Below, piece by piece: positions 48,518 to 57,809 of a stretch of 64,000 nucleotides of DNA. This DNA comes from Candidatus Latescibacterota bacterium (GTDB lineage Bacteria > Latescibacterota > UBA2968 > UBA8231), in NCBI GenBank assembly GCA_964291625.2, contig OZ220089.1:1120001-1184000 (forward strand). Direction: 5' to 3'. Each line of letters opens with the position of its first letter. Positions within the stretch are counted from its first letter, which is position 1. A program made the translations under genes and the position numbers. A model generated the notes under the pieces. The model was not told the DNA's origin. It ran no database searches and saw only the letters and a list, made by a program, of their open reading frames with translations.

Positions 48518-49836
48518 TGAGAGCCATGCCCGCAGCCCTCGGCGGCCCCCCCGCCGTGACCATCGACAAGGCTCCGTACCTCCAGTGGCCGATCTACACC
48601 GAGGAGGAGGTCGAGGCGGTGGCGGACCTCATCCGCAACCATGCCCTGTCCAGCTCCCAGGGGGAGAAGGGGCCGATCACGGAGCTGGAGGAGAGGGTTG
48701 CCGCGACCTGGGGCGTGCGCCATGCCCTGGCCCACTCCAGCGGCACGGCGGCCCTGCGGTCGGCCCTCTTCGGCGTCGGGGTGGTCCCCGGCGACGAGGT
48801 GATCTGCCAGTCGGCGGTCCATCCCTTCGGCTGCCTGCCGATCATCGGCTGCGGCGCCGTGCCGGTCTTCGCCGACATCGACCCGCTGACCATGACCCTC
48901 GACCCCGTGGACCTGGAATCCCGGATCACCGACCGGACGCGGGCGGTCATGGTCGTCCACTGGAACGGCATCCCCGCCGACATGGACGCCATCATGGAGA
49001 TCGCCGGCCGCCGCGGGCTGAAGGTGGTGGAGGACTGCGCCGTCTCCCAGGGGACCACCCACCGGGGCCGCATGGGCGGGTCGATCGGGGACGCCTCGGC
49101 CCTCAGCTTCCAGCACGGCAAGCTGACCTCCGCCGGCGAGGGCGGGGTCTTCCTGACCGATTCCGAGGAGGTCTGGCAGCGCGCCGCCTCCCTCGGCCAC
49201 TACGAGCGGCTCCGGGACCTGCCGGACCCCCGGTGGCGGGCGGTGAGCGGCTTCAGCTTCGGCGAGAAGTACCGCATGGCGACGGTCACGGCGGCGATCG
49301 GCGTGGTGCAGATGAAGCACTGGCGCGGGCGGATCGACCGGCGCCACGAGAACGCCGACAAGCTGGGCCGCGCCGTGGCGGAGATCGACGGCTTCGCGGC
49401 GCCGGACTTCCCCGGCTACTTCCCCTCGCCGTACCACAGCGGGCGCATCACCTTCGAGCGGGACAAGCTCGGGGGCCTGACCCGCGAGCGGCTGATCGAG
49501 GTCCTGAACGCCGAGGGCGCGCAGGTTACGTCGCCGGCCCGGAAGGACTCGCGCATCCCCCACACCGACCTGTGGCGCATCCTCCACAAGCACCCGGTCT
49601 TCGCCGGCGACGAGCACGGGACGGAAGAGATCCTGTGGGAGGTCCTCGGCCCGGCGGCGAGACGGATCGACTACAAGAGTCTCACCCTCCCCGTCAGCGA
49701 GGACCCGGAGGTGCCGTACGACACGATCCAGCTGCCCGCCTTCACCCGCCCGGCGGACGAGCTGATCGCCCAGTACGCCCAGGCCTTCCGCAAGGTCGCC
49801 GCCCACGCCCCCCGGCTGGCGGAAGCCGGCGGGTGA
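48517..49836 (+). CDS. DegT/DnrJ/EryC1/StrS aminotransferase
   Basis: SGTAAL, GDEVI, VEDCA, SFQ.GK...GEGG; the start could be 48526. Confidence 0.9.
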   Translation: MRAMPAALGGPPAVTIDKAPYLQWPIYTEEEVEAVADLIRNHALSSSQGEKGPITELEERVAATWGVRHALAHSSGTAALRSALFGVGVVPGDEVICQSAVHPFGCLPIIGCGAVPVFADIDPLTMTLDPVDLESRITDRTRAVMVVHWNGIPADMDAIMEIAGRRGLKVVEDCAVSQGTTHRGRMGGSIGDASALSFQHGKLTSAGEGGVFLTDSEEVWQRAASLGHYERLRDLPDPRWRAVSGFSFGEKYRMATVTAAIGVVQMKHWRGRIDRRHENADKLGRAVAEIDGFAAPDFPGYFPSPYHSGRITFERDKLGGLTRERLIEVLNAEGAQVTSPARKDSRIPHTDLWRILHKHPVFAGDEHGTEEILWEVLGPAARRIDYKSLTLPVSEDPEVPYDTIQLPAFTRPADELIAQYAQAFRKVAAHAPRLAEAGG

Positions 49837-50699
49837 TCGACTTCCACACCCACCTGGGCCACGGCGGGCGCACCCTCGACGACGTGCGCCGCCACGTCGA
49901 CATCCACGGCGGCGGACTCTCCGTGCTCCTGCCGATCGAGCCGGGACCGACCTCGGCCCTTGGGGACGACGACGGCTGGTCCACCCGCCGCGCCCTGGAG
50001 GCCCACGCGGCCTGCCCCGACGAGACGATCCCCTTCGCAAACGTCGACCCCCTGAGCCCGGACGCCCTGGAGCGCCTCCGGGCCCTGCACGAGACCGGCG
50101 TCGTGAAAGGGTTCGGCGAGCAGAAGAACCGCCTCCCCGTCGACCACCCCCGGTGCCTGGAGATCTACCGCCTGTGCGGCGAGGTCGGCTGGCCGGTGCT
50201 GATCCACATGGACTACACCGGCGTCTTCGGCTCCAACTTCCCCGCCCTGGAGGAGGTGGTCGGCTCGCTGCCGGAGACGACCTTCATCGGCCACGCCATG
50301 GCCTGGTGGACGAACATCAGCGCCGACGCCGTCACCGACCCGCGGGCCCCGGGCTTCGCCGACTATCCCGCGGGCCCGGTGAAGCCGGTGGGGCTCACGG
50401 ACCGGCTGCTGAGCGAGTATCCGAACCTCTACTGCGACCTCTCGGCGCGCTCCGGCTACCACGGCCTCCAGCGGGACCCGGGGTTCGCCCGCGGCTTCCT
50501 GAAGCGCCACCGCGCCCGGCTCCTGTGGGGCACCGACTGCCCCTGCGCCGACGGCCGCGGCAACCTCCGGGACGGCAGCTGCCGGCCCTGCCTGGCCGGA
50601 CTCATGCTGCCGCTGCTGCGCGACCTCTGCGAGTCGGACGACCACTTCGACGACATCACCCACGACAACGGGGCGAGGCTGCTCGGCCTCGCCACGTAG
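49833..50699 (+). CDS. amidohydrolase family protein
   Basis: IDFHTH, GFGE, LIH, IGH, CDLSA, LWGTD. Confidence 0.88.
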   Translation: MIDFHTHLGHGGRTLDDVRRHVDIHGGGLSVLLPIEPGPTSALGDDDGWSTRRALEAHAACPDETIPFANVDPLSPDALERLRALHETGVVKGFGEQKNRLPVDHPRCLEIYRLCGEVGWPVLIHMDYTGVFGSNFPALEEVVGSLPETTFIGHAMAWWTNISADAVTDPRAPGFADYPAGPVKPVGLTDRLLSEYPNLYCDLSARSGYHGLQRDPGFARGFLKRHRARLLWGTDCPCADGRGNLRDGSCRPCLAGLMLPLLRDLCESDDHFDDITHDNGARLLGLAT

Positions 50700-50713
50700 C
50701 AAGGAGATCCGCC

Positions 50714-51121
50714 ATGCCGCGATCCAGGGTTCCCCAGCCGGAAGGGGTCCACAGACCGCCCGGCAAGTACTCCCACGCCGCCAGGGTCGAGGGCTCCCTG
50801 ATCGTCGTGGCGGGACAGGTCGCCACCGACGTCGACGGCCAGCTCGTCGGCGCCAACGACGCCGCCGCCCAGACCCGACAGATCTTCCGCAACATGGAAG
50901 CCGTCCTCGCCGGCGCCGGCTCGTCCTTCGCCGACGTCGTCGAGTTCACCTACTACATCGTCGGCCGCGAGAGCTTGCCGGGCTTCATGGAGGCTCGCAC
51001 CGCCGTCTTCGACGAGGCCTACCCGGAGGGCGACTACCCGCCGGCGACGCTGCTGGTGGTGGGCGGCCTGGCGAACGAGGACTTCCTGGTGGAGGTCTCG
51101 GCCCTGGCGGCGCCCTCCTGA
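50714..51121 (+). CDS. RidA/YjgF family protein
   Basis: YSHA, AGQV, R in FMEAR, PPATL, LVEV. Confidence 0.9.
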   Translation: MPRSRVPQPEGVHRPPGKYSHAARVEGSLIVVAGQVATDVDGQLVGANDAAAQTRQIFRNMEAVLAGAGSSFADVVEFTYYIVGRESLPGFMEARTAVFDEAYPEGDYPPATLLVVGGLANEDFLVEVSALAAPS

Positions 51122-51167
51122 AGCGGCGGAACCTGATCCTGGTGCACGGAGGGCCGCGGGCCGGCAG

Positions 51168-52499
51168 ATGGTCCGCGACGAGGACTGGACCTTGGGAATG
51201 GTGCCTGGGCTGACGCGCTACTTCCGGCTGGAGGAGCGGGGCACGAGCGTGCGCACCGAGGTGCTGGCGGGGTGCACCACCTTCCTCACCGTCTCCTACA
51301 TCATCCTCGTGAACCCCCTGGTGCTGTCCGGCGCCGGCATGGACGCCGGGGCCGTGCTGGTGGCCACCTGCCTGGCCGCCGCCTTCGGGTGCGCGGTCAT
51401 GGGCCTCTACGCCAACTACCCCATCGCCCTGGCCCCGGGGATGGGGCTCAACGCCTACTTCGCGGCCGTCGCCGTGGGCACCCTGGGCCTGTCCTGGCAG
51501 GTGGGACTCGGGGCCGTGTTCTGCTCCGGCTTCCTGATGCTCGTCCTCTCCGTCCTTCCGGTGCGCGAGTGGGTCGTCAACAGCATCCCCCGCTCGCAGA
51601 AGATGGCCATCGCCGCCGGAATCGGGTACTTCCTCGCCATCATCGGCCTGCGCAACGCCGGAATCGTGGCGGCCAGCGACGCCACCCTCCTCACCCTGGG
51701 GGACCTGACTCAGTGGACGGTGGTGCTGGCGGCCCTCGGCTTCGCCGGCATCGCCGCCCTGGAGCACCGCAGGACTCCGGGCGCGGTGCTGATCTGCATC
51801 CTGGCCGTGGCCGCGGCGGGCTGGATCGGAGGGCTGTCGCCGGCGCCTTCGTCCCTGGTGGCGGCGCCGCCGTCGCTGGCGCCGACGGCCTTGCAGCTGG
51901 ATCTGGCCGGGGCCCTCGAGGTGGGCCTGGTGGCGATCGTCTTCGCCTTCCTCATGGTCGACCTCTTCGACACCAGCGGCACCCTGGTGGCGGTGCTCAA
52001 CGAGGCCGGCCTCACCGGCGCCGACGGGCGGGTGCCGCGCCTGCGCCGGGCCCTCGTGGCCGACAGCTCCGCCACCATGGCGGGAGCGCTGCTCGGCACC
52101 TCGACCACGACCTCCATCCTCGAGAGCGCCGCCGGGGTGCGGGCCGGCGGGCGGACGGGGCTCACGGCCCTGGTGGTGGCGGGGTTGTTCCTGGTGGCGA
52201 TCCTCTTCGCGCCGGTGGCGACGGCGATCCCGGCCTACGCCACGGCCCCGGCGATCCTCTTCGTGGGATGCGCCATGGCGCGCGCCCTGCGGCACGTGCC
52301 CTGGGACGATCTGACCGAGTGCATACCCGCCATCGTCACCGCCGTGGCCATGCCCTTCACCTACTCCATCGCCAACGGCATCGGCCTCGGCTTCATCACC
52401 TACGCGCTCATCAAGCTCCTGGCCGGCCGCCGCCGGGAGCTGCACCCGGCGGTGGTGACGGTGGCGGTCCTCTTCGCGATCCGGTTCGTGGTCCAGTAG
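51168..52499 (+). CDS. NCS2 (AzgA-type) purine permease
   Basis: APGMGLNAYF, FDTSGT, ESAAG..GGRTG, MPFTYSIA. Confidence 0.93.
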   Translation: MVRDEDWTLGMVPGLTRYFRLEERGTSVRTEVLAGCTTFLTVSYIILVNPLVLSGAGMDAGAVLVATCLAAAFGCAVMGLYANYPIALAPGMGLNAYFAAVAVGTLGLSWQVGLGAVFCSGFLMLVLSVLPVREWVVNSIPRSQKMAIAAGIGYFLAIIGLRNAGIVAASDATLLTLGDLTQWTVVLAALGFAGIAALEHRRTPGAVLICILAVAAAGWIGGLSPAPSSLVAAPPSLAPTALQLDLAGALEVGLVAIVFAFLMVDLFDTSGTLVAVLNEAGLTGADGRVPRLRRALVADSSATMAGALLGTSTTTSILESAAGVRAGGRTGLTALVVAGLFLVAILFAPVATAIPAYATAPAILFVGCAMARALRHVPWDDLTECIPAIVTAVAMPFTYSIANGIGLGFITYALIKLLAGRRRELHPAVVTVAVLFAIRFVVQ

Positions 52500-52503
52500 T
52501 CAC

Positions 52504-52971
52504 TCAATACTCGACGCGGTCCTCCTTCTCCCGCCACTCCCGGAAGACGGCCAGGGCGTCGTGGCGCAGCAACTGGCGGGAGGGAATCCGCCGATCGACC
52601 GGGGGCCGTTGCATTTCCTGGTGCATGATCTTGTCGTCGAAGCCGATCTCCCCGGCATCCTCCGCGGTGCACGCGAACCAGATCGTCTCGATCCTCGCCC
52701 AGTAGATGGCGCCCAGGCACATGGGGCAGGGCTCGCAGCTGGCGTAGATCTCGCATCCTTCGAGGTGGACGGATTCGAGCCGGGCGGCCGCCCTCCGGAT
52801 GGCCACCACTTCGGCGTGGGCCGTCGGGTCCTTGCTGGAGAGGACCTCGTTGTAGCCCTCGGCGACGATCTCCCCGCCCTTGACCACGACCGCGCCGAAG
52901 GGGCCGCCTTCGCCCGACCGCATGTGGACCCGCCCGAGGTCGATGGCCCTGGCCATGAACTCCCGCTCCAT
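52504..52971 (-). CDS. guanine/nucleoside deaminase (cytidine-deaminase fold, B. subtilis GuaD-like)
   Basis: GGPFGA, AHAE, CEPCPMC, GFDD, C-terminal EY. Confidence 0.9.
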   Translation of the reverse strand: MEREFMARAIDLGRVHMRSGEGGPFGAVVVKGGEIVAEGYNEVLSSKDPTAHAEVVAIRRAAARLESVHLEGCEIYASCEPCPMCLGAIYWARIETIWFACTAEDAGEIGFDDKIMHQEMQRPPVDRRIPSRQLLRHDALAVFREWREKEDRVEY

Positions 52972-52975
52972 CCCG

Positions 52976-53989
52976 CTACCCTCCCACCCTCCGCTCGAGG
53001 ATCTCGATCGCTGCCGTGGCCCCTCCGTGCTCCGCCCATCCCAGGGGCGTGCCCCCGTGGGCGGCATCGACCACCGTGGGGTCCGCGCCCCGGTCGAGGA
53101 GCAGGTTCAGGCAGCCGACGGCGCCGTGCTGCGCCGCCAGGTGCATGGCTACCGCCTGCACGCCGTGGCCCTCGCCTCCCCAGTCGTGGCGCAGGTCCGG
53201 GTCGGCGCCGTGGTCGAGCAGCCAGGCGGCGGCCTCCACCCGGTCGCTGTAGCACGCCCACAGCAGGGGCGTTCCGCGGCAGGGGTTGGCGTCGACGTCG
53301 GCCCCGAGGTCGACGAGGGCCTGCATCGATCCGCACTGGTCGTTGCGGGCGGCCCAGGTGAGGGCCTCGTCGAGGACCTCCTGCCGCGAGCGGGCCCGTT
53401 CCCAGGCCGGGAAGAAGACGGGCGCGTAGAAGCCCAGCCCCTCGATGGCCGCCGGCTCGAGCTCTCCCTCCCGGCCGAAGAACCGGTCCAGCTCGCGGCC
53501 CAGGGCGGCGGCCGTCCGCAGGTTGTCGGGATGGACAGGCGTCAACGCTTCCGCCATGTAGGCCTTGGCGTAGAACAGGGCGTACGAGAGGGGCGTTCCG
53601 CCCTCCCGGCCGTGGGCGTTCGCCCGGACCGAGGCCCCCGCCGCGACCAGGCGCCGCGCAAGGTCGATGTGACCCGCCATGGCCGCCGTGTGCAGGGGCG
53701 TCCAGCCGTCGTCATCGGCGGCCGAGGGGTCGGCGCCGGCGGCGAGGATGCGGTCGACGGCGGCATGCTGTTGCGGGGTGCCGGGCACCAGGGGGATGGC
53801 GATGTCGCCGGTGGCGGCCCGGCAGGCGAGGTCCAGCAGGGTGCGGCCGTGGCCGTCCCGAGCCGAGATCACGTCCGGCGACTTGGACAGGATTCGCTCG
53901 AGGCTGTCCAGATCGCCTGCGCGGGCGGCCGCTGCGGCGGCAGTCAGGACCGACTCCGCCACGCGGGATCTCCCGTTCTCCTGTCGCAT
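52976..53989 (-). CDS. ankyrin repeat protein
   Basis: GWTPLH.AA, GGTPL, GTPLLWA and GAD repeats. Confidence 0.88.
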   Translation of the reverse strand: MRQENGRSRVAESVLTAAAAAARAGDLDSLERILSKSPDVISARDGHGRTLLDLACRAATGDIAIPLVPGTPQQHAAVDRILAAGADPSAADDDGWTPLHTAAMAGHIDLARRLVAAGASVRANAHGREGGTPLSYALFYAKAYMAEALTPVHPDNLRTAAALGRELDRFFGREGELEPAAIEGLGFYAPVFFPAWERARSRQEVLDEALTWAARNDQCGSMQALVDLGADVDANPCRGTPLLWACYSDRVEAAAWLLDHGADPDLRHDWGGEGHGVQAVAMHLAAQHGAVGCLNLLLDRGADPTVVDAAHGGTPLGWAEHGGATAAIEILERRVGG

Positions 53990-54002
53990 CCCGGTCTCCT
54001 CT

Positions 54003-57000
54003 TCAGGTCAGCGGTTCATCGCGGGGCGCCGATTCCGCATGACGCCCAATGGAATGAAGGAAGAGGGAGGCGGGGTTCCCGGGAAGGGGGCGTGCGGTGA
54101 GCAGCCTGGCGTCGGCGAGGTTGAGCGCCGCCCGGGGGCCGTGCTGATGAATGAGCTGGGCCGCGGCGCAGACGTCCCGGTATCCCGGATCGCCTGAAGC
54201 TGCCTGGAGGCCGGGTCTGCCTCGCGCCGCTGAGATCAGCGCGCTGGCCAGGGCCGGGAGCGGCAACGGTTCCAGCTCCAACCCCCGGCCGCCCAGGCCG
54301 TCCAGGATCTGCGCGGCGCCAAGGGGTTCCAGGGCGAGGTGGCGCACCGGCCTGTCGGGAGAAGGGCCGCTCTCCGCCAGGGAGACCAGCTCCCGGCAGA
54401 CGGCGTCCACGGGGGCGATCTGCGAGGACCAGTCCCCCTCGGGGAACACGCCGGCGGCGGCGAAGGCCCGGACCGCCGAGGTCAGGCGGTCGCGAGGGCC
54501 GCCGTCTCCCCCGCCGGAGTCACTGAGCAGGTGCGGGACCCGCACGACCGACACGGGCAGCCCGCGCTCGAAGGCCGACCACAGGAGCAGCTCGGCACCG
54601 AGCTTGGAGAGGGAGTAGCCGTCGGCGCCCGAGGTTTCCAGGTCGGCGCCCAGGGAGCGCATGGCCTGCAGGCCGAAGGTCTGCTCGGGCCACGAGGTGT
54701 CGAGAGGGAAGACGGCGCTCGAGGAGACGTGGTGGACGGGAGCGCCGTGGCGGAAGGCCAGCCGCAGCACCTCCCGGGTGCCGTCCACGTTGGCCGGCTC
54801 GAGGTCGCCGTAGGAGGCGAAGGCGTCGAGGTCGGCGGCCAGGTGGACGACGGCGTCGACCTTCCCGGCCAAGGCGTCGAAGGCATCGGGGGTGAGTCCC
54901 ATCAGGGGCTTGGACAGGTCTCCTGGAACTGCCTGCAGGCGCGGTCCCGGATCCCATGAGACCAGTTCGGGCGCCTCATTCCGCTCCAGCGCCCCTGCCA
55001 GGCGCCGGCGGGCGTGGTCCTCGTCGTCCGCCCGGACGAGAGCCGCCACCTCGACGGAGGTCGCCCGCAGCAGGGCGTCCACCAGGGCCGCCCCGAGAGA
55101 CCCGGTCGCCCCGGTGACCAGCACGGTCCGCGCCGGCGTCCGGGGCCCACCGCCAACCGCGGCGGAGGTGTCGAGCTCCAGCTCGGGCGGGGTCCACGGC
55201 GGAGGCGGCGGCCCACCCTGCTGCTCCCGCAGGTGGCGCGCGAGATCGAGCGGGGTCGGGTGCCGGTAGAGGTCGCCCACCGAGACGCGGCGGCCGGTGG
55301 CCTGGTGCAGGATCCCGCAGAGGCGGATCGCCCGGAGGGAGTGGCCGCCCCTGGTCTCGAAGTCGTCCCGCGGGCCGACGGCGGGATCGTCGAGGGCCTG
55401 GCGGAAGGCGGCGAGCACCTGCCGCTGCAGATCATCCGCCTCGGAGCGCGGGTCCGGGGATGCGCGGAAGGTCCGTGCCGTCCGGCGCAACCGCCGACGG
55501 TCGACCTTCCCCGAGGGCAGGAGCGGCAACTCGGCCACCGGGACGAAGCGGGCCGGCGCGCCCTGGGGCGGCAGCCGGGAAGCAGCCCAGGGGCGCAGCT
55601 CGCGCTCGAGGTTCGCGGCCTGCGCGTCCTCCGGCCCCGGGACGACATAGGCCACCAGCTCCGCCTCACCCCGCGGGTCGGTCTCGGCCGTGACGCAGGC
55701 CCGGCGGACCCGCGGGTGCGCCTCGACGACCGCCTCGACGCGGGCGGGGTCCACCCAGGAGCCGCGGATCTTGAGGCCGCTGTCGCAGCGCCCCAGGATC
55801 TCCAGCTCGCCCCCGGGATGGAAGCGGCCGAGGTCGCCCGTGTCGAAGACGCGGGTGCGGCGGCGGGTCCCGTCCGGCGACGGCAGGTCCACCTCGACGA
55901 AGCCTTCGCCCTCTTCCCCGTCGGCGCCGGGACAGGCGGGCGCCAGGCCGCCGCCGCCCACCAGGATCCTCCCCGGGCGGCCCACCTCCACGAGGCGGCC
56001 GGGGTCGTCCGGCTCGCAGAGGTGGACCTCCGCGAAGCCGGCCACCAGACCGCAGGTGATCTCCTTCCCCGGCCGCAGCTCTCCCCCGGCCACGTCGTGG
56101 CACTCCGCCGTCGAGTAGAGGTTGGCGATCCGCACCCCCGGCAGCTCTTCCCAGGCGCGCTCCATGAGCGCCCGCGCGACCGGCTCGCCGCAGAGGACGA
56201 GCAGACGCAGACGGCGCAGCGCCTCTACCCCCTCCACGCAGTCGAGACAGGCGCCCAGCAGGCCCGGGGTCATCATGATCCGCGTGATCCCCAAGCGGAC
56301 GACGGCCGAGGCCAGGGCGAAGGGGTCCCGCATGGTCTCGTCGCGGATCAGCACCACCGGGATTCCGCGGCACAGGGCCGGCACCACGTCCCAGATCCCG
56401 AAGATGTTGCAGCCCACCACGTCCCTCGCCGGGTCGAAGGGCCACAGCCGGCTGCGCCAGGCGTGGGAGAGCATGGACCCCGCGTGATCGGCGGCGACCA
56501 TCCGAGGGACGCCCGTGCGGGTGCCGGAGGTGAAGGCGAGATGCGCCGTACGCCGCGGGTCGGGCTCCGGGAAGGCGGGGTCGGCGCTGTCGGAGGGAGG
56601 CTCCGCCTCGTCCTCGATCCAGAGTCGTGGTACCCCTTCCCAGAGTGAGCAGGGCAGCTCCTCGGCGATGCGGCGTGAGCTGACCAGCGCGCCGAGCTGC
56701 GCCGGCGCCGGCGTCTGCGCCAGCTCCATGAGCGCCCGCGGGTCCGGCTGCAGCGGCACGTAGGGCAGCCCCGCCTTCAGGCAGGCGAAATAGGTGATCA
56801 CCCTCTCGGCGTCGTTCTCCAGCAGGACGCCGACGCCCGCCTGCTCCCGGCGCCCCGGCCAGCGCTTCAGCAGGGCGGCGGCCCGGGCTTCGATGGCGGG
56901 GCGCAGCTCCGCGCAGGTCAGGTACCCGTTCTCCTCCACGAGGATCGCCCTGGCCGGGGTCCGGGCGGCCTGCCGCTCGAAGGCGGAGTGGATGCAGTCA

Positions 57001-57077
57001 GGGTGGGGGGGACCTGCCGACTGTGACGGGCGGATGCCCTGGTACCAGGGAAGGGCGGTGCTGGAGTGGGGACTCAC
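54003..57077 (-). CDS. NRPS-like A-T-R thioester reductase
   Basis: FTSG, NLYSTAE, DTGD, GR.D..KIRG, SGKVDR; carrier motif GGHSL; R domain TGATGSLG and YSLSK. Confidence 0.88.
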   Translation of the reverse strand: MSPHSSTALPWYQGIRPSQSAGPPHPDCIHSAFERQAARTPARAILVEENGYLTCAELRPAIEARAAALLKRWPGRREQAGVGVLLENDAERVITYFACLKAGLPYVPLQPDPRALMELAQTPAPAQLGALVSSRRIAEELPCSLWEGVPRLWIEDEAEPPSDSADPAFPEPDPRRTAHLAFTSGTRTGVPRMVAADHAGSMLSHAWRSRLWPFDPARDVVGCNIFGIWDVVPALCRGIPVVLIRDETMRDPFALASAVVRLGITRIMMTPGLLGACLDCVEGVEALRRLRLLVLCGEPVARALMERAWEELPGVRIANLYSTAECHDVAGGELRPGKEITCGLVAGFAEVHLCEPDDPGRLVEVGRPGRILVGGGGLAPACPGADGEEGEGFVEVDLPSPDGTRRRTRVFDTGDLGRFHPGGELEILGRCDSGLKIRGSWVDPARVEAVVEAHPRVRRACVTAETDPRGEAELVAYVVPGPEDAQAANLERELRPWAASRLPPQGAPARFVPVAELPLLPSGKVDRRRLRRTARTFRASPDPRSEADDLQRQVLAAFRQALDDPAVGPRDDFETRGGHSLRAIRLCGILHQATGRRVSVGDLYRHPTPLDLARHLREQQGGPPPPPWTPPELELDTSAAVGGGPRTPARTVLVTGATGSLGAALVDALLRATSVEVAALVRADDEDHARRRLAGALERNEAPELVSWDPGPRLQAVPGDLSKPLMGLTPDAFDALAGKVDAVVHLAADLDAFASYGDLEPANVDGTREVLRLAFRHGAPVHHVSSSAVFPLDTSWPEQTFGLQAMRSLGADLETSGADGYSLSKLGAELLLWSAFERGLPVSVVRVPHLLSDSGGGDGGPRDRLTSAVRAFAAAGVFPEGDWSSQIAPVDAVCRELVSLAESGPSPDRPVRHLALEPLGAAQILDGLGGRGLELEPLPLPALASALISAARGRPGLQAASGDPGYRDVCAAAQLIHQHGPRAALNLADARLLTARPLPGNPASLFLHSIGRHAESAPRDEPLT

Positions 57078-57250
57078 CGAGCCTGTCGGCGCTCCCGAAG
57101 GCGTGCGATCACCTCGGCCGCGGGTCTCGCCCGACCCTTCTCGATCTGGCGGTTACCCAGCTCGAGGATCTTGAGCAACGCCGAGATCTCCTGCATTCGC
57201 CCACAGCTGCCGTCCTGCATGACCACTCTCCCTTCTCCAATCTGGGGATG
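57074..57250 (-). pseudogene. Phd/YefM-type antitoxin remnant
   Basis: QIGE..VVMQD...QE..ALLKILELGNRQIEKG resembles the C-terminal half of a Phd antitoxin; N-terminus degraded; no adjacent toxin. Confidence 0.55.
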
Positions 57251-57294
57251 AGATGAAAGAGCACTTGCCCGAACGCCACCAGGTCCGTATCGTA

Positions 57295-57322
57295 TCACTG
57301 TACTAGTTCATTGATACAGTGA
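57295..57322. promoter_or_regulatory. YtrA-subfamily GntR operator
   Basis: Perfect inverted repeat TCACTGTA-N12-TACAGTGA upstream of the GntR/ABC operon. Confidence 0.75.
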
Positions 57323-57404
57323 CGCCGAGGGCCACAGGGAGGCCGCGCCGCCGGCGCCACCCATCCGGGTCCCGCGCCGCAACGGTCACCCCGGGAGCGT
57401 CCCC

Positions 57405-57809
57405 ATCCTGCACCTGCACATCGACCCGTCCAGCGGGGTCCCCATCTACCTGCAGATCATCGAGCAGGTCACCTACCAGATCGCCACGCGGGTGCTCCGG
57501 CCGCACGACGAGCTTCCCTCGGTGCGCGCGCTGGCCGGGCAGTACCTGATCAACCCGAACACCGTGGCCCGGGCCTATCTCGAGCTGGAGCACGGCGGGC
57601 TGATCTACAAGAAGCGGGGCACCGGCACCTACGTGGCCGAGAGGAAGGTGACCATGGGCCGGAAGGAACGGCTCGAGATCGTGCGCAAGTCGCTCGACAA
57701 GGCCCTGGTCCAGGCCGTCGAGCTGGGGTTGAGCCCCGCGGAGATGCGCCAGCTCTTCCGGGAGCGTCTTGCCCGGTTCAAAGAGAGCGGAAGGAGGAGC
57801 GATGACTGA
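57405..57809 (+). CDS. GntR family (YtrA subfamily) transcriptional regulator
   Basis: IDPSSGVPIYLQI, LPSVRALA..INPNTVARAY, RGTGTYV; homology extends 29 codons upstream of the first GTG, to an ATC after GGGAG. Confidence 0.88.
   Translation: MLHLHIDPSSGVPIYLQIIEQVTYQIATRVLRPHDELPSVRALAGQYLINPNTVARAYLELEHGGLIYKKRGTGTYVAERKVTMGRKERLEIVRKSLDKALVQAVELGLSPAEMRQLFRERLARFKESGRRSDD

Noticed and set aside
34252-57077. Pathway link between the TmpB-like oxygenase (makes glycine betaine) and the ATRR-like reductase
   Set aside because: The genes are about 19 kb apart and both substrate assignments are unverified.
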